Shown here: positions 26,646-40,423 of the stretch, one piece after another | How positions within the stretch are numbered: the stretch's first letter is position 1 | Layout: every line of letters begins with the position of its first letter | The notes under the pieces: model-generated | Databases searched by the model: none | Told to the model about the DNA's origin: nothing | What the model saw: the letters and a program-made list of their open reading frames with translations, nothing else | DNA from: Phoronis australis | Lineage: Eukaryota; Animalia; Phoronida | Direction: 5' to 3' | Length of the DNA: 64,000 bases | Assembly (NCBI GenBank): GCA_002633005.1 | Contig: NMRA01000127.1 | Coordinates: 690,438 to 754,437 of the forward strand | Translations under genes and position numbers: made by a program

Positions 26646-27970
26646 CAACTCGGCAGTTTAAATAATCTACTCATTTCGTGAAGTTTGGGAATTGCATTTT
26701 TTCACTGATCGAAACGCTGCAAAACAGGAGAGTTGCGGAGTTAATGGGAAAGCGACAAATGAGTTGTATGTAGAATGTCTTCTATTAAAAGCTGTCAAAG
26801 CAAATGCAATCATTTCTATGGCCATCATGAGAGCTATGTCATTAATTGGTGCAGCTGCATGTATGCAGCTGTTCCAAGGACATTTCATTGTGATAGCGTT
26901 CACCTTCACTTTCACCCATAGTATTTTCTGAACGTTCTCATTGACTGATTACTTCTGCATTGGTATATTCTCTGAATTGTTGTAGCAAATGAGGGACAGA
27001 ATTCTCAGCAGCGACAACTTGGTAGTCGACCACATCGACATAATGGTCGACCAGGTCAATAGCATCGTATCCGTCACTTATTACCTACCAAGTCACCTGT
27101 GGACCCATCACGCCTCATATCTATACACCACATACTAATGGGATGTGGTCATCCAAGCACTGACACAGTCCTGTTCCTATCGTGGTGGTAAACGATGGGG
27201 TCAATTCAGTTTACTAAGAATGTTAACTCTCAATAATTAATAAATAGTTGTATTTGCTTCACAAGTCAACATTTAGTGTGTATTATCTTGTTTAAATCCA
27301 GTCAGATCATCTCCACTTGCGGCATTTTAGCTGCCATCAAAAGCAATGCCAAGGGAGAATTTCTGCTTTAATGACTATCAATTTCTTCTGCTTCCCTTAC
27401 TCGTAAATTGTCTCTTTGTCGAACTACAGTTTTGAGCAGTATTAGGAAATGTCATCAATTTCCACGACATGTTGTTTGGCAGTTCTAAATAAGCTGACTC
27501 GTGGACCAGACGGTCTCGCCACCTGGTGACTGACATGGTGCTCCTTCGTCTATCCCGATTTAGAGCCCGAGAATAGACCCAGTTGATCACTGCACAAAGT
27601 AGACAGGATCAGGAACCTCGGTGAGGTTATGGAGCAGTAGTGACTCTGTTTTGAAATCTTTCCCTCATCTGCTACCATTATTGAATGGACCATGTAAATG
27701 CCAGATGAACATCTTGCATTTGTCATGTCATTTTGTGACATGTCAATACAACTGTCCAAGCATGTAGTAGATGGTATTTAATTGGTTTCTTGTAGGTATA
27801 TAATTTAAATAATGTGAATGAGACCCAATGTCCAATATAATCCATACAAGTCTTGTATAAATGTTTAGATAAGATTTCGTGGGCAATGCTTTGCAATTGA
27901 TTTTCTGTTTTGTGAAAATCTAGTATAGTGAAACTACACAGGGCATAAATGAAGAAACTGAAGTGTTTTG

Positions 27971-28547
27971 CAGAGCTCGATTTGGCGACCAGTAGTTCGC
28001 TAAGGTGACTTCAGATTGTGTTTGGAATACTGGGAAAATCCCCAAGTTGTCACAAATTTGCTACAATGAGTATCAAAGGCAGACAATAATTCACTTGAAA
28101 TTCATTTCAAAATTTGTATTGATTTCCTAACTTTATATTAATAACATTTTTCTGAGATTGAATACCTTTCGTTCACAATCGTTCCATTTATTTCGTGAAA
28201 TCATTACTTTTGCCACCCTCAGCAGCGAGCACACATCAAGCATGCGCCTAAATTACTTTAGCAAGTAAACAGACGGAAGTTGGAATTGTTTGGCAAAAAT
28301 CGGTTAAGGGCGAACATGAAACATGCCTCCAGTGTACTAGTGGGCATTGAGTTCGAGATTGAATGGTGTACATGCATGGGAGACTAGAGGTATGAGTAAT
28401 TTTCTATTAAAGCTGACTACGGCACAGTTTTTGTTTGGTCAACAACCTCCGACGACAATTTTAGCGAACTCGAATTTGATTTGGCGACATGGGATTTTCG
28501 GGAAGTCGTCTTTGGCGAGTTGGCATTAAGCTAACGGTCGAGCACTA
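27971..28547. mobile_element. hAT-like non-autonomous element (family C) with 6-bp direct flanks GTTTTG
   Basis: TIR-like ends CAGAGCTCGA and TCGAGCACTA. GTTTTG occurs at 27965-27970 and 28548-28553. Second copy at 13935-14544. Confidence 0.7.
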
Positions 28548-29974
28548 GTTTTGCCATTTCTTACTCTTTTATTTTCTCATTTTTTTGTAAATGGCATGTA
28601 GTATCAAAACTATGCTTTTTCATATTCAAGTTCTGTACTAAAATTACCAACAGACATTCACTACAACAACAGAAGTCCTTGAAAAATGAAAAAAGAGTCA
28701 TTCTGAGGTAATCTTGAAGACGATTTCTTAGATGTACAATTGCAACTTAAGTCCGCTTGATCAAAGCGGTTTAGCAATCTAACAAGATGCACGCCAGGGT
28801 GATTTATGAAACAGTGGCATTATGATGTTTGATTTGGCAATTACTTATGTTTAAGGGTTATTGTGGCAGAGCTAAATTACTGGTCACTGTCTGGGAGATT
28901 ATGTTGTAAGAATACTGTCAGGTGCCCCGGGGTAATTAATTACCTTTGCTTCTATTTAATCAGCTTATAGACCCACACAGCGCTTATCTCCAACTTCAAT
29001 TTGGAATAAAGCATGTTGGCAGTGGTGAATCTTCCCGTTAAAACAATCCATTGTGTCCATTTTTTACCATATTTACTGAGGAACTTTGACTCAATGTATT
29101 GTAGGCCTCAAAATGTGGCTTACTTGAGAACACCTATCTCAGAAATTGCTGAATGGGGATTCATATGTCACTTTCAGGTGCCAGACTTAATGCACTGTTC
29201 TCAAAAGTGCTGTTAGGAATTGTTTATAAAATGTTCCACTTTTGCATAAGGAGCCACTACGAATAGGGTTTTCATGGTTTTTAAGAGATAATTCAAAATT
29301 TGCATAAAACGGAATTTAAATGGTAATTTAGGAAATTGTAAAGGATTTTTGAATGTCATATAGAACCTTCATATCAAATGAAATGTGGCCATGTTATTGT
29401 CACCATTGTTTTCCTTTGAATGTACCCTTTTTGCTAAATTTTTATTGATATCAAGTCAAAAATCAGGCATTCTACTTTCAGAGAATATATATGTTTACTG
29501 ATTTAAAATCTATGGTCTTGTTAATCTATGCGGTTAAACACACAGACATGTCAATGAAGTCCTATAATTATGTTAAAAAACAAAGTCAAAGGGTTCCACC
29601 TCAGACAGCTAACGAAACAATGTTTAAAGTCAAATATGGCGCTGTATGGGGTTGTAGGACCCTTTCAAACAAATTACTGGAGAATGGACAAGTTGGTTTA
29701 AAATGCCTCGAATGCGACACCATCCAGGAGCACTCATCCGTGCAATGCTTCATGGGTTTCCACTTGTTTTTTCTCTATTCGAGATTGTGTTGAGAATTAC
29801 CTTGGTATGAGAGGTTCTTGAATGGACAATTTCTGCGAGAAAATTGATATTCTAAGATTTGCCACAGTGTGGAGTCAAACTTGCAATCCCCACAATTTAA
29901 GGCTTTGCTGACAGAGCCACACCCCACTCAACAGTAGCAGAGTGTATTAACTAAGTGTATTTTACTGGCAAAGT

Positions 29975-30552
29975 CACTGGCCTCGATTTCAACAAGAATT
30001 GGCTATGTGCGATAAAATCACAAAAACAACAGATTTCATTGTTTTATAGCTCTGGTCAAAGGTAGTGTCTTCAAGAGGTTTATCTCCAAAATTTTGTCTA
30101 CAATATTACAGAAAAATTAGTTTCCAGTCACTCTGATTAATAAACTACATACTGATTATCTTTCTGGGTAATGACACGCAATACCAGTAGTGTTGGAGGG
30201 TGTGGTTTATCCCTAATGCACTCACAGTGCCCCATAGGTAGGTCAGTTTTCTCCAGTTGCACAGAGGCGTATCCACAAATTTGTTATGCGTTATTGTGTC
30301 GATCTTAAAATCCGTTTGGCTTTCACTAGCTTTAAGATCAGTTGTTTGTTTTCGCCTCAAAACTGTTTTGCTGTTGTTCATACGCTCACATGTTGTGCAT
30401 GAATTTCGCTACGCAGGTGGTGCCTGTTATGATAGTGAAACATGCCGATATCTCTACACGTATGTCTGGGCATGTGTCTAACAGAGGTTCTAACATCTAC
30501 AAAAATCCCCAAAATACATTTTTCAGTCGTAAAACCGATGATGTCCCTTTAA
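29975..30552. mobile_element. Kolobok-like DNA transposon remnant; shorter relative at ~46205-46393
   Basis: Both copies share attgtttt.tag.tctggtcaaag and end aaaat.catttttcag..gta.aa..a..at.tcccTTTAA, which fits a YY-TTAA terminus. Confidence 0.5.
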
Positions 30553-31826
30553 TGTTTTATGCTGTAACGAATGCTTCCTGTCAGTGTTCTTAATTACCTT
30601 TCTGTGCAAACAAGCTCATGTAATAACCGGCTTGTCAACATTTTTTCTGTACTTTACATCTTCAAGGTTTGTTAATTAGGCTGTGTTATCAAAAGCTTTC
30701 TGCGTGTTCAACACTTGAAAAATTCAGGACATTTTGGCCTATGTTGGCTCAAGTCAAATAATTCATGCTAAGATGAGGCAGGAGTTTTTTATGAAGCGTA
30801 CTATCTTAAAAGCTGTGTCTGATGTACAAGAGTATGAATAGAAATAGCCGTTAAAAGTCTTGTGCAAAACGTAACGTTGCAGTTCAACTCATGATGTTTT
30901 TGCTTTTGAAATGAAACTGCAAAGCTTAACACTGACTAAAGAAAAAAATGCTTCGGCAAAATACAGCATTGCAAACTGAGTTCTACATATTGTCGAAGAC
31001 ATGGAAAGCAAGAAATTGTCATCTACCTATTTTAGAAAGATAGTTTATGACAAAGATAACTAGTGGAGTTATCTCCTCCATTTTGAAAAAAGTTTCAGTG
31101 TTGCTGTGAATGCTCACAATTTTACCTAATATTGTTTGATGGCTACTATACATAATAAATCACTCTGACATTGAAGCAAAACAGTCTCTTATGTTATTTT
31201 TTGTGAGGAATTTGAAAAAATATACATTGCGCCACCTGGTGCCTCAAATACAATTATAGTTTTCTAATAATTGTTGCCGTATTTTCTTGTCAAAAATTGA
31301 AAAATAGCAATAATTCAGTCTGGTTTTCAAATAAATTGATGTCTATAGAATAATCTTTGCCTGTTAGACAACATGATGAAATTCTAATTGAATATTACTG
31401 AGTATGGCAATGAAAGAACCGTTACGGTGAATACTTAGAAGAGTTTCAGGAAACGCAGCCTCTGTTCTGTTATTTAGCTATGGTAAAGTTGTTATTCTCC
31501 ACATCGATTTTCTTATGAATCTTGAAACAGTCTTTGGGTAGTGGGAATTATTGCACTTGATTATGTCAGTGCTGTGCGAAAAGAAATTCAATTAATAGTC
31601 TATTGAAGCAAGATTTCACAAGAACACTTCATTTTATCTATGAAATTATTGACCCGTTGATTATAGCTCGGCTGTTCCTCTGAGATTGCTTTCAATTGAG
31701 CCCTTGTGCCTTTGTCCTATAGCACTTCGATGATATATCGTTGCATAGCTGTTGGCCAGGTTTTTTGAAGCAGCTGAGTCATGCAGATAAAAGTAATTCA
31801 GTGAATATTTCTCGTGGCGTATTATT

Positions 31827-33415
31827 GTGTGACTAGTTGATGCCATGCTATGGAAAGCCATAGTGGAAAAAATTCCAGGACATATTTTCTATGGAAGATT
31901 TAAAAACAGACCAAAACATTATTTTTACTCTACAGGACCAAAAATTAACACCTCGAAAGCAGAATTTTCATTTATTCAAGAATTAAAAACATTCTAAAAC
32001 ATTATTTTCACTCTTGTAGACCAAGAAGCAACTCAAGACCAAAATTTATTATATCAGGACCGAAAATTTAATATGCCAGGATGGAAAATTTATCATGCCA
32101 GAAAATCTTCATACTAGGAAACCAATTATTGTGACCAACCAAAAGCAGTGACCCCTCAAAGTGATGTCAGTGCTAAGTATACAAGGGCTAAGCGTTCACC
32201 TATGTCTTGCCAACGTCGTATCATTGTGACAATGAAGTTGAATTTCTGTTGTCTCTTCGGCACTTCACAACAGAAGTCAATGTACTCTTATTAGACTTAA
32301 ATAGGACTGAGTGTTACAGAGATGCAGGGGATCGTCTTGTCAGTTTGTGGATGGTCACGCAGTCTCCTGGAATGAAAATTTCCTGTCCTAGCATGAAAAT
32401 TTCCTGCCCTGGCATGATAAATTTTCGGTTTTGGCGTTATGAATTTTTGGTCCCCTCTGACGTGTTAAATTTTGGTCCTGGTGTGATAAATACCGGTTTT
32501 GAGTTGTTTTTTAGTCCTGCAGCACTTAAATTGTTGAATAGAAAATTTGTGTTTTCCGACAAGTCCTTTGCTCTTACGCTCCACACGTACAGTTAAATAT
32601 CACTTTAGCAAAAGTTTGAGNGTGTGACTAGTTGATGCCATGCTATGGAAAGCCATAGTGGAAAAAATTCCAGGACACATTTTCTATGGAAGATTTAAAA
32701 ACAGACCAAAACATTATTTTTACTCTACAGGACCAAAAATTAACACCTCGAAAGCAGAATTTTCATTTATTCAAGAATCAAAAACATTCTAAAACATTAT
32801 TTTCACTCTTGTAGACCAAGAAGCAACTCAAGACCAAAATTTATTATATCAGGACCGAAAATTTATTATGCCAGGATGGAAAATTTATCATGCCAGAAAA
32901 TCTTCATACTAGGAAACCAATTATTGTGACCAACCAAAAGCAGTGACCCCTCAAAGTGATGTCGGTGCTAAGTATACAAGGGCTAAGCGTTCACCAATGT
33001 CTTGCCAACGTCGTATCATTGTGACAACGAAGTTGAATTTCTGTTGTCTCTTCGGCACTTCACAACAGAAGTCAATGTACTCTTATTAGACTTAAATAGG
33101 ACTGAGTGTTACAGAGATGCAGGGGATCGTCTTGTCAGTTAGTGGATGGTCACGCAGTCTCCTGGCATGAAAATTTCCTGTCCTAGCATGAAAATTTCCT
33201 GCCCTGGCATGATAAATTTTCGGTTTTGGCGTTATGAATTTTTGGTCCCCTCTGACGTGTTAAATTTTGGTCCTGGTGTGATAAATACCGGTTTTGAGTT
33301 GTTTTTTAGTCCTGCAGCACTTAAATTGTTGAATAGAAAATTTGTGTTTTCCGACAAGTCCTTTGCTCTTACGCTCCACACGTACAGTTAAATATCACTT
33401 TAGCAAAAGTTTGAG
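31827..33415. repeat. 794-bp near-identical tandem duplication (31827-32620 and 32622-33415) separated by one N
   Basis: The copies differ by about 8 substitutions counted by eye. The junction is exactly at the N at 32621. Confidence 0.95.
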
Positions 33416-36041
33416 GATACACAAACAACTGCTAGTTACTGAGATAATTTCTATGAATTATTTCAAGACTGGTGTGCTCATAATTACTAGATTGTAACTT
33501 TATTCATCAGTTGTGAAGCTAGGGAGTGTAAAACCAAATTTCTGTCTTCAGTTGTGTTTCATGAAGCAGATCCCAGACCTCATGAACTCAGTTAAACAGA
33601 GACTACTCCCAGGAGCAATGAACGATGACTGATTTCGAATTTGGACTTGAATGAAGATGATCGAAACTCATTACGCGAAGAGCAGTTTATTGGTGAAAAA
33701 CGCAATACATTATTGTACCTATGAAGTGCAGACCTCTCAACTGTCTAGCTGCCTTCGCTTCTGACTTGTTTGATAATTGCAATGTACGTTTCCAATTCAC
33801 GCGATGCTAATTTGAAGCCGTTTCCACCCAGTGATTGTCGCAGTAATTTGAAATTTGGCTTTCCCAAATCCTTCTATTAACTAATTCGCGCTAGGGTGGA
33901 GGGAAGACCTGGGGTGCAAATTCAAGGCACGACATTAGTCTCGCAGAGGAGCCCAAAACTGCAATTGATATATAGGTGGAATGCTAGTAAGAACATGGAT
34001 GAGCTAACTTTATCGTGTGTACAATTTTGCAGAGTTAGTGTACATGGAACTGAGCTAACAGGTTTCAGATGGGTCAGCCACTTCTGTGCTGCTGCAGTGG
34101 AGGTTAATAAAGTGTTCCCTTGTCTGTGCACACGTAATCAAACATCCCATCTGGTCAACATCCTGTATCTGCTCCCTCTAGTGTCAAGTTCTGGTACTTG
34201 CTTCAGGTCAACCAAGTACAGCTATTGTAAGGTCTCACCTATTTCCGACAAATAATCGCCAAAGTAGACTTTTCTACTTTTCAAGAGCTTGTAGGATGGT
34301 TGTGGGGTGCCCTTAATTGTAAGCTATGGTATGTGAAAAAATAATTAAATTTTTGTTTTTCAATTTTCCACCAAATTGTTTCTTATAAAATTGGCGAGAT
34401 TTTACCCTGCAGTCATTGTTCACTTGTTTTGCACATAAATTCTTGTTTTTCTGTATTTCAAATGCTGATAACTTTGCAGCGATTGGTGGAAACAAATGTT
34501 GTTTTATGATATCCAGACTGTTCAATCCAAGGGAAAAATAGATGTCTATTTTCTCTTTTTTGTTGAGAAATTTGATAAAAATTAAATTTTACTTGTCCGA
34601 CATATTGTGTGCTAAATACGTGAAAAATTATCCTGTGTATCTCAAAACGTGTGAAGATTTCTAGATTGCCTTGTTCTCCGGCAGTTCTGTTTTGACTTTA
34701 GAGAGACCAAAATTGGTATCCTGCTATTTCTAATGTCTGTTTCTAATTACAAAAAACACTAGTTCTTTGGAATGTAAACTCAGGTATTTGATTAGAAAGA
34801 GCAGTAAATCATTTATCTGAAAACCTACTTTTTCTGACATTTGTTGGTATTTCTCCATGTGATGGTAGTTTTAACAGCAGTTGAATGCTTGCAGTTTAGC
34901 ACTCCATACTGGTCCAAGTGCTACTGAAATTTTGTAGTGTTTCAAATTTTTGAAACAGATTATAACATTTTGAAAACCTGTAGAATGTAGTTACCATCTG
35001 AAACTGACCAGTTTTGTAAATATTTCTTCCAAATTGAAGAATGTTTATGGTAGAGTATCTGGCCATAGTCAAGGTTTGATTTGAGAGTTCCAGGAGCTTG
35101 GCTGCACATAAGAGGCTTGGCCTGGTTATCTGGGCCATTGACCACTAAATTGTACTGGAGACTTGACTAGAAAATTGACCAATCCCTGGGCATTAAATTT
35201 TCACTCCATTTACATGGTTAGTTTTAGAGTTGGGTTTCAAGTTAAGACATTTGGTGGCTCATGGCCCTGGTGTATACAGACATTTTGAACTTTTTTATTC
35301 TCTGGGGAAAACTATAGAAGATAGGTATCTTTGTATTTGGAATAGACCTTTCCAGGATAATGGACTCTCCTGTGTAAGGGGATAGAAAAATGCATTGCAT
35401 GGCTGTCCTACTTTTTATAAAGTCAGGCACACCTGAGGTGACTAACAAGAGGAGTAGGATACATTTCACTTTCAGTACTGGTGTGGATTCTGCCTTTTTT
35501 CCAAAAGATTTTCTTAATGTCAGCACTACGACTCAAAATGCAATACTGCATTATATTGCCAGCGTTATGAGAAATTGCATAATAACGAGATGTATTTTGA
35601 ATGTAAATTTCATGTTGATCGAATGAGAAATTAGACCTGTATCAATTGTGAACTAAGAATCATAAAACAAACAAAAAACAGCGCACTTGGAGAAATCTCA
35701 TTTCACGAAGTAATGATTGGGATATAAAATGACTTGTACATTTGCATGTGAAGAAGGACCAGTACTTGTCCCATGCGTTGCATTGTGGGTAAATACCTTA
35801 GAAGCAGAATGGTGCTGTGCTATTTCGGGACAGGACTACTCTCCAGTTTGTGAGATACATCTGGTTTTGTAGGCAATAAGTATTTGTATTCCATGCTTAA
35901 ACTGTATTAAATAACGACACCTTTTGAGATGATAGTTAAAATTCGCGAGATGTATTTGTTAGATCCTCTGAACATGGTTACAACGAGAAAATTGTAAATT
36001 GTGTGGTATACATGCACAACTGCTATAATCGATTATTTTTT

Positions 36042-36451
36042 CCCGGGGAGTACTTGGCTATATTTTTGATTAGGGTGAACCTTGAAAAGTAGGATGTCCA
36101 CCCGTTTAGGGAGAGAGAAATAAAAAATGGACCCATTTTTAAGGAGCTTCCATGAAAAAGTAACCCTTTTTCTAAGGTTCTGTTCCAATACCATGCTTTT
36201 TGTAACAGTTATGTAATTTCCATAAACGTAACACTTTAATAGGGAATCTTGGAGAATCAGATTTTTTAGCTCATTAAGTCCCAAAACAATCCAAGTATAG
36301 ATGCTATGTTTTCAAACGTGATTATATCTCTTTCAACCAGAGTTTTAATTAAAAATATAATATTTTGAAAAGCCACTCCTTTTACAGAGAAACTATCCGT
36401 GAAGAAGTCACTCTTCAAAGTGGACCCTTCGCTACGAGAGTACCCCCCTGG
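36042..36451. mobile_element. Unclassified TIR MITE
   Basis: Termini CCCGGGGAGTACT and AGTACCCCCCTGG. Flanks TATTTTTT and TATTTTTG may be an 8-bp TSD but are low complexity. Confidence 0.65.
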
Positions 36452-37956
36452 TATTTTTGTTATTTATGATTAATCTGATACCTTACCTCAGGGAAAGGTA
36501 CAAGCAAAATCAGGTTCTGTGCAATATACTGGGGCATAGAGGAGCTGGTCACCCTGATTGAATCAAATTTAAGCTGAAAGTAACTGCACCTTTCTATTGA
36601 AATTAATTGTCGGAAGCTGGGATCTGTTCAAACTGTCAGTGGAGAAGACAGCATTGACAGTTCGTTAAGTCTTACCAATACTTACAGGCTCGTAAGATTG
36701 GGAGTTTTTTCCGTTTTTCCTATGCAATCAGACACGGATCAGGGATCATGAGAGAGAGCCCGACAGACATGGTGACACTTTGCAGACCTCCATTAAGCTC
36801 TGACAAGTCATGTCAGCGCTCCTGTCTGCTTACTCCAGTTTACATCTTTACGGCAATTGTATCGGAAGTCGTTCACAAAAAATCGGAGTTTGTAGACGAC
36901 TTTTCGGCAATCCTTCAAGAAGTGGACCCACTGGGGATTCATGTTTGGCCTTTCATTAAAAGAGTGTTTTATGTGTTACCTACTTATAGTAAAAGAAAAA
37001 GAAAATAGGCAAACCCAAAGCAGACTCAGTGATAGATTTTAAGATGCCCATTTGATTAACCATGGGCTGCTATTGATGAAGTGCACTTAGCCCTCAGTAC
37101 TCACCTAAAATAGTTGGCTGACAGGGACTTTGAATCATCACCATGAACCATCAAACTGTTGTTTTTCAAAATATAACTCCATTGACCCCAAAACATTACT
37201 TGATCGTGGAGACTTCCAGTCGTAATAAAAATGATGACGCCTAATTTAAAAAAACTTGAACTCATTTCTTTAGTCATTGTGCATCTGAGCAGTCATGTGT
37301 TAAAATCATGAAGAGGTGCAGTTAAAGGTGATGGGTTGAGGACTGTCTAGCCGAGTCCTAGGGTTTTCTATGTGTTACCGGTATTTTAAATCCTCATGTA
37401 GCGCCGTTCTTGAATACCATTGATTTGTTTCATGTTTTGAGGTCAAATCCTTGGTTTTGGTATTTTAATACGAGTTAGTATTCCTAATTCCGCATGATAA
37501 AAATGAACCACATTTGGGTTGTTATTGTTTCAGTGGAAAGATTCACCTGCAGTAACTTTATTTATTCCAGTTTGAAGTTTGCGATTTGGGCTTATTACGG
37601 CTACTTAGTTGACGAATGTTTGTATTTTTTACTCCGGTGCTTTTCGGTTTCATGTGAACTTTTTCTTTATACTTTTTTGACATTTGATTAATTTAGAGAA
37701 ATTCAATTAACATTCGAATTATTTTGGAGATGGGTGAAAAATTCTGTTACTGAAATACAAGCAATGGGTCATAGGTCTGAGCAAGATATAAGAAGATAAA
37801 GATAGTCATAAACCTCGTTGGTTTGTGTAGACCTGAGGATATAAACCTCTATGGACGTGCCTCAAATTATTAAAGAAAATGGTTACAGTGGATATCTTCT
37901 AAACACATCATCCTTTGAAATTCTGTATGAATATGGTTTCGTTTGTGCACAAGTAT

Positions 37957-38204
37957 GTAGATTTTCATGTTCAATGTTTCGCTTTAATCGCGACAATAAA
38001 ACAATGTACACTCAACAGTGTCGAGCACTAAACTGACTGAACAACCGTGATTGAGTGAATGAGCAACGATTGAACATTCAATGTTTCGCTTTAATCGCGA
38101 CAATAAAACAATGTACACTCAACAGTGTCGAGCACTAAACTGACTGAACAACCATGATTGAGTGAATGAGCAGCGATTGAACAACGTTGAACATGAAAAT
38201 CTAC
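37957..38204. mobile_element. Small TIR element with an internal 107-bp tandem duplication
   Basis: 22-bp inverted repeats GTAGATTTTCATGTTCAATGTT and AACGTTGAACATGAAAATCTAC. Units 37970-38076 and 38077-38183 are nearly identical. Confidence 0.85.
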
Positions 38205-38575
38205 CGGTAAGTTGCACTGATTTTGAAATTTCTTAGTAAAGGTTATATACCATATTCATCAGCAGCTGTCTGTGTTAATTCAAATCCATCTTCATTTGCT
38301 TGGAAATTCCTGTCCTGCATTATGGTGTACTGATAAAATATTAGTTACAGGCGATGGAAATATGTTTGATATAAGCAACTAAGACTGAAGCTTCGCATGC
38401 TCACATTTACTGGTAATTCCTATGTTTTGTTGGCAACTTCACTGTGATATGGGCAATGAATGGGATTGTAAGTTGTCCTCAGTCAAATTGGAAGTTAGTT
38501 GTAAGCATGAAGATAGGCAAGACCGATTCGCTCAAAATCGGTTTTAAAAGTCTCTTGACTAGTGCTAGTCACTTG

Positions 38576-39082
38576 AGTGCCTTTCATACTAACGTCGACG
38601 CATCGATGGTTTGGGGAGTTGCGGTCAGTATGAACACTTAACTCCAGTCCTGGATCGCAGTTAACAGCTCCAGTTTACATCGCAGTTAACAGGTGGATTT
38701 AAGACGGCAGCGTCGATGCTGCGGTGCAGTATGAACGCTTAACTCCGGTCCAATCGAAGTTATCGCCAGGTGCCACTGTTGTAGTCAATAGTTACAGAGT
38801 AGAGCCGCCACTAATAACTACTTATTTTTTTGCTCTAATGATAACCAATCGATTTAAAAAAATGAGTTTAATGTCATTTAGCACATTTAAATGTTCCAAA
38901 ATTGTCACATTGAAAAAATCTTAGCGTGCAGCGCTACCTTGCGATAACTTCGATGACGTCAGCGTCACCAACCCTTTACTTCGATGGTCATTAACTACCG
39001 AAGCCAGTATGAACTGTCCAGTTAACTGCGCTGTTTACGTCGATGCTCCGCTCAGACCAGAGTTGTCAATATGAAAGGGCCA
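38576..39082 (-). mobile_element. Full-length family A Harbinger-like MITE, reverse orientation
   Basis: Ends are AGTGCCTTTCATA...TATGAAAGGGCCA; it is the reverse-complement homologue of 45494-46009. Confidence 0.85.
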
Positions 39083-39857
39083 TTGGACATTGTACAACTC
39101 TTAATATACAGCTTCTTGCGCTCAGAATGTGACAGAATTGTTATTGGTGTTTGGTGGGAAAAGTGACAGTTTAGGATTTTACAAACATTTTAAAAAGTTG
39201 CACATATGGAGTGACAGTATGTGAGTGGTATTTTGTCTGCTCTAACCACCCTCAAAACTTGTTTGCCCTGTTTGTAATTTGAGGATTATGAGAAAGTTGA
39301 TATGAATGCTAACAGTATGTCTACCCCAGTGTGAGAAATTTGTTGAGTCAATTGTAGCATACAGCGAAGTCATATTTGACCAGAAATGCATAGTTGGTTC
39401 TAGTCTGTGTTAGCTGTATGGTATTTTTTAGTTGCCCTCTTTTACGAAAGTGAAAATTTACCTGAGGTGCGAGATTTTTTCTTCTCTGATCACCTGTCAA
39501 ATCAGGGCGTTTCAAAACTTCCTCACATACCTTTGCAATACAAGACCTTGACAGACTCTGATACAGGTATTTTTTTAGTCTGTGAACACCTCAAAATGAG
39601 TCGGGATAAAGACTAGAAGCGACTTTGCATTTTTGAATTTCATTGCAGCAATTATTATTCCATAATTCCATTAATCTATTCCTTTGACATACTGGTCATT
39701 TCATTTTGGAATTCAATATGGCAGGGATGAAAATTTTATGTTATCTGTTGTCTCTACAAAAAGTAACAAAACACCGATTTCGGACATAAATTATTGCCAA
39801 AATAAATCGTTATTCCTCGAAGTCTTGTACTGTGGTCGCCATAATTTCTCAAAGTAC

Positions 39858-40305
39858 TGTGATAAGCTCGATTAGAGTCCGTCTGTGAACATGTCGACTG
39901 ACTGAATCTCCTCTCTCTTTTTGAGAAACTGAAATTGACGGAAAATTGACCGTTTATCACCCTGAAAAATCCGAATTATTAAATCACATTAGTTTCAATG
40001 TTCAGCATTCTACAAAAATCCAAAATGGATCCAAAGTTTGTTCTTTAAAGACAGTTTACATTTGCTGTATTAATGAAGTCTCAACATTTTCAGTGAAAAA
40101 TAATTGCCAGAGTTGATCTTTTTTCTTATCTTAAAGGTTTCTATCATTGCTGTGGTTGCCAACAATTTCTCTAAACGTCGTCCGATGGTAGCTATGATAT
40201 TGAACTTAAAGAAATGAGTAAGCAATTATCTGGTGCTACTTATCTTTTTCAAAAAATCCCTTGTCTACAATGTTTTGCGGTAAGTGGGGGAGATTTTACC
40301 ATACT
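39858..40305. repeat. Dispersed repeat homologous to 15761-16095, ending in the family B terminus
   Basis: Shares sequence blocks with 15761-16095 and ends GAGATTTTACCATAC. Confidence 0.65.
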
Positions 40306-40423
40306 TCATTTTGACACAGTTTTAATTTTCCTTTTGTCTTTAACCAACACATGAAAGTGTGTAACTCAGGGTAATGTCACTGGTGACCTGTAGCCCCTGC
40401 CGCCTGTCCACAAAAGTCTGTTA

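Noticed and set aside
32207-33391. Apparent duplicated small gene (two identical ORF tails)
   Set aside because: Lies in a repeat and in a probable assembly duplication.
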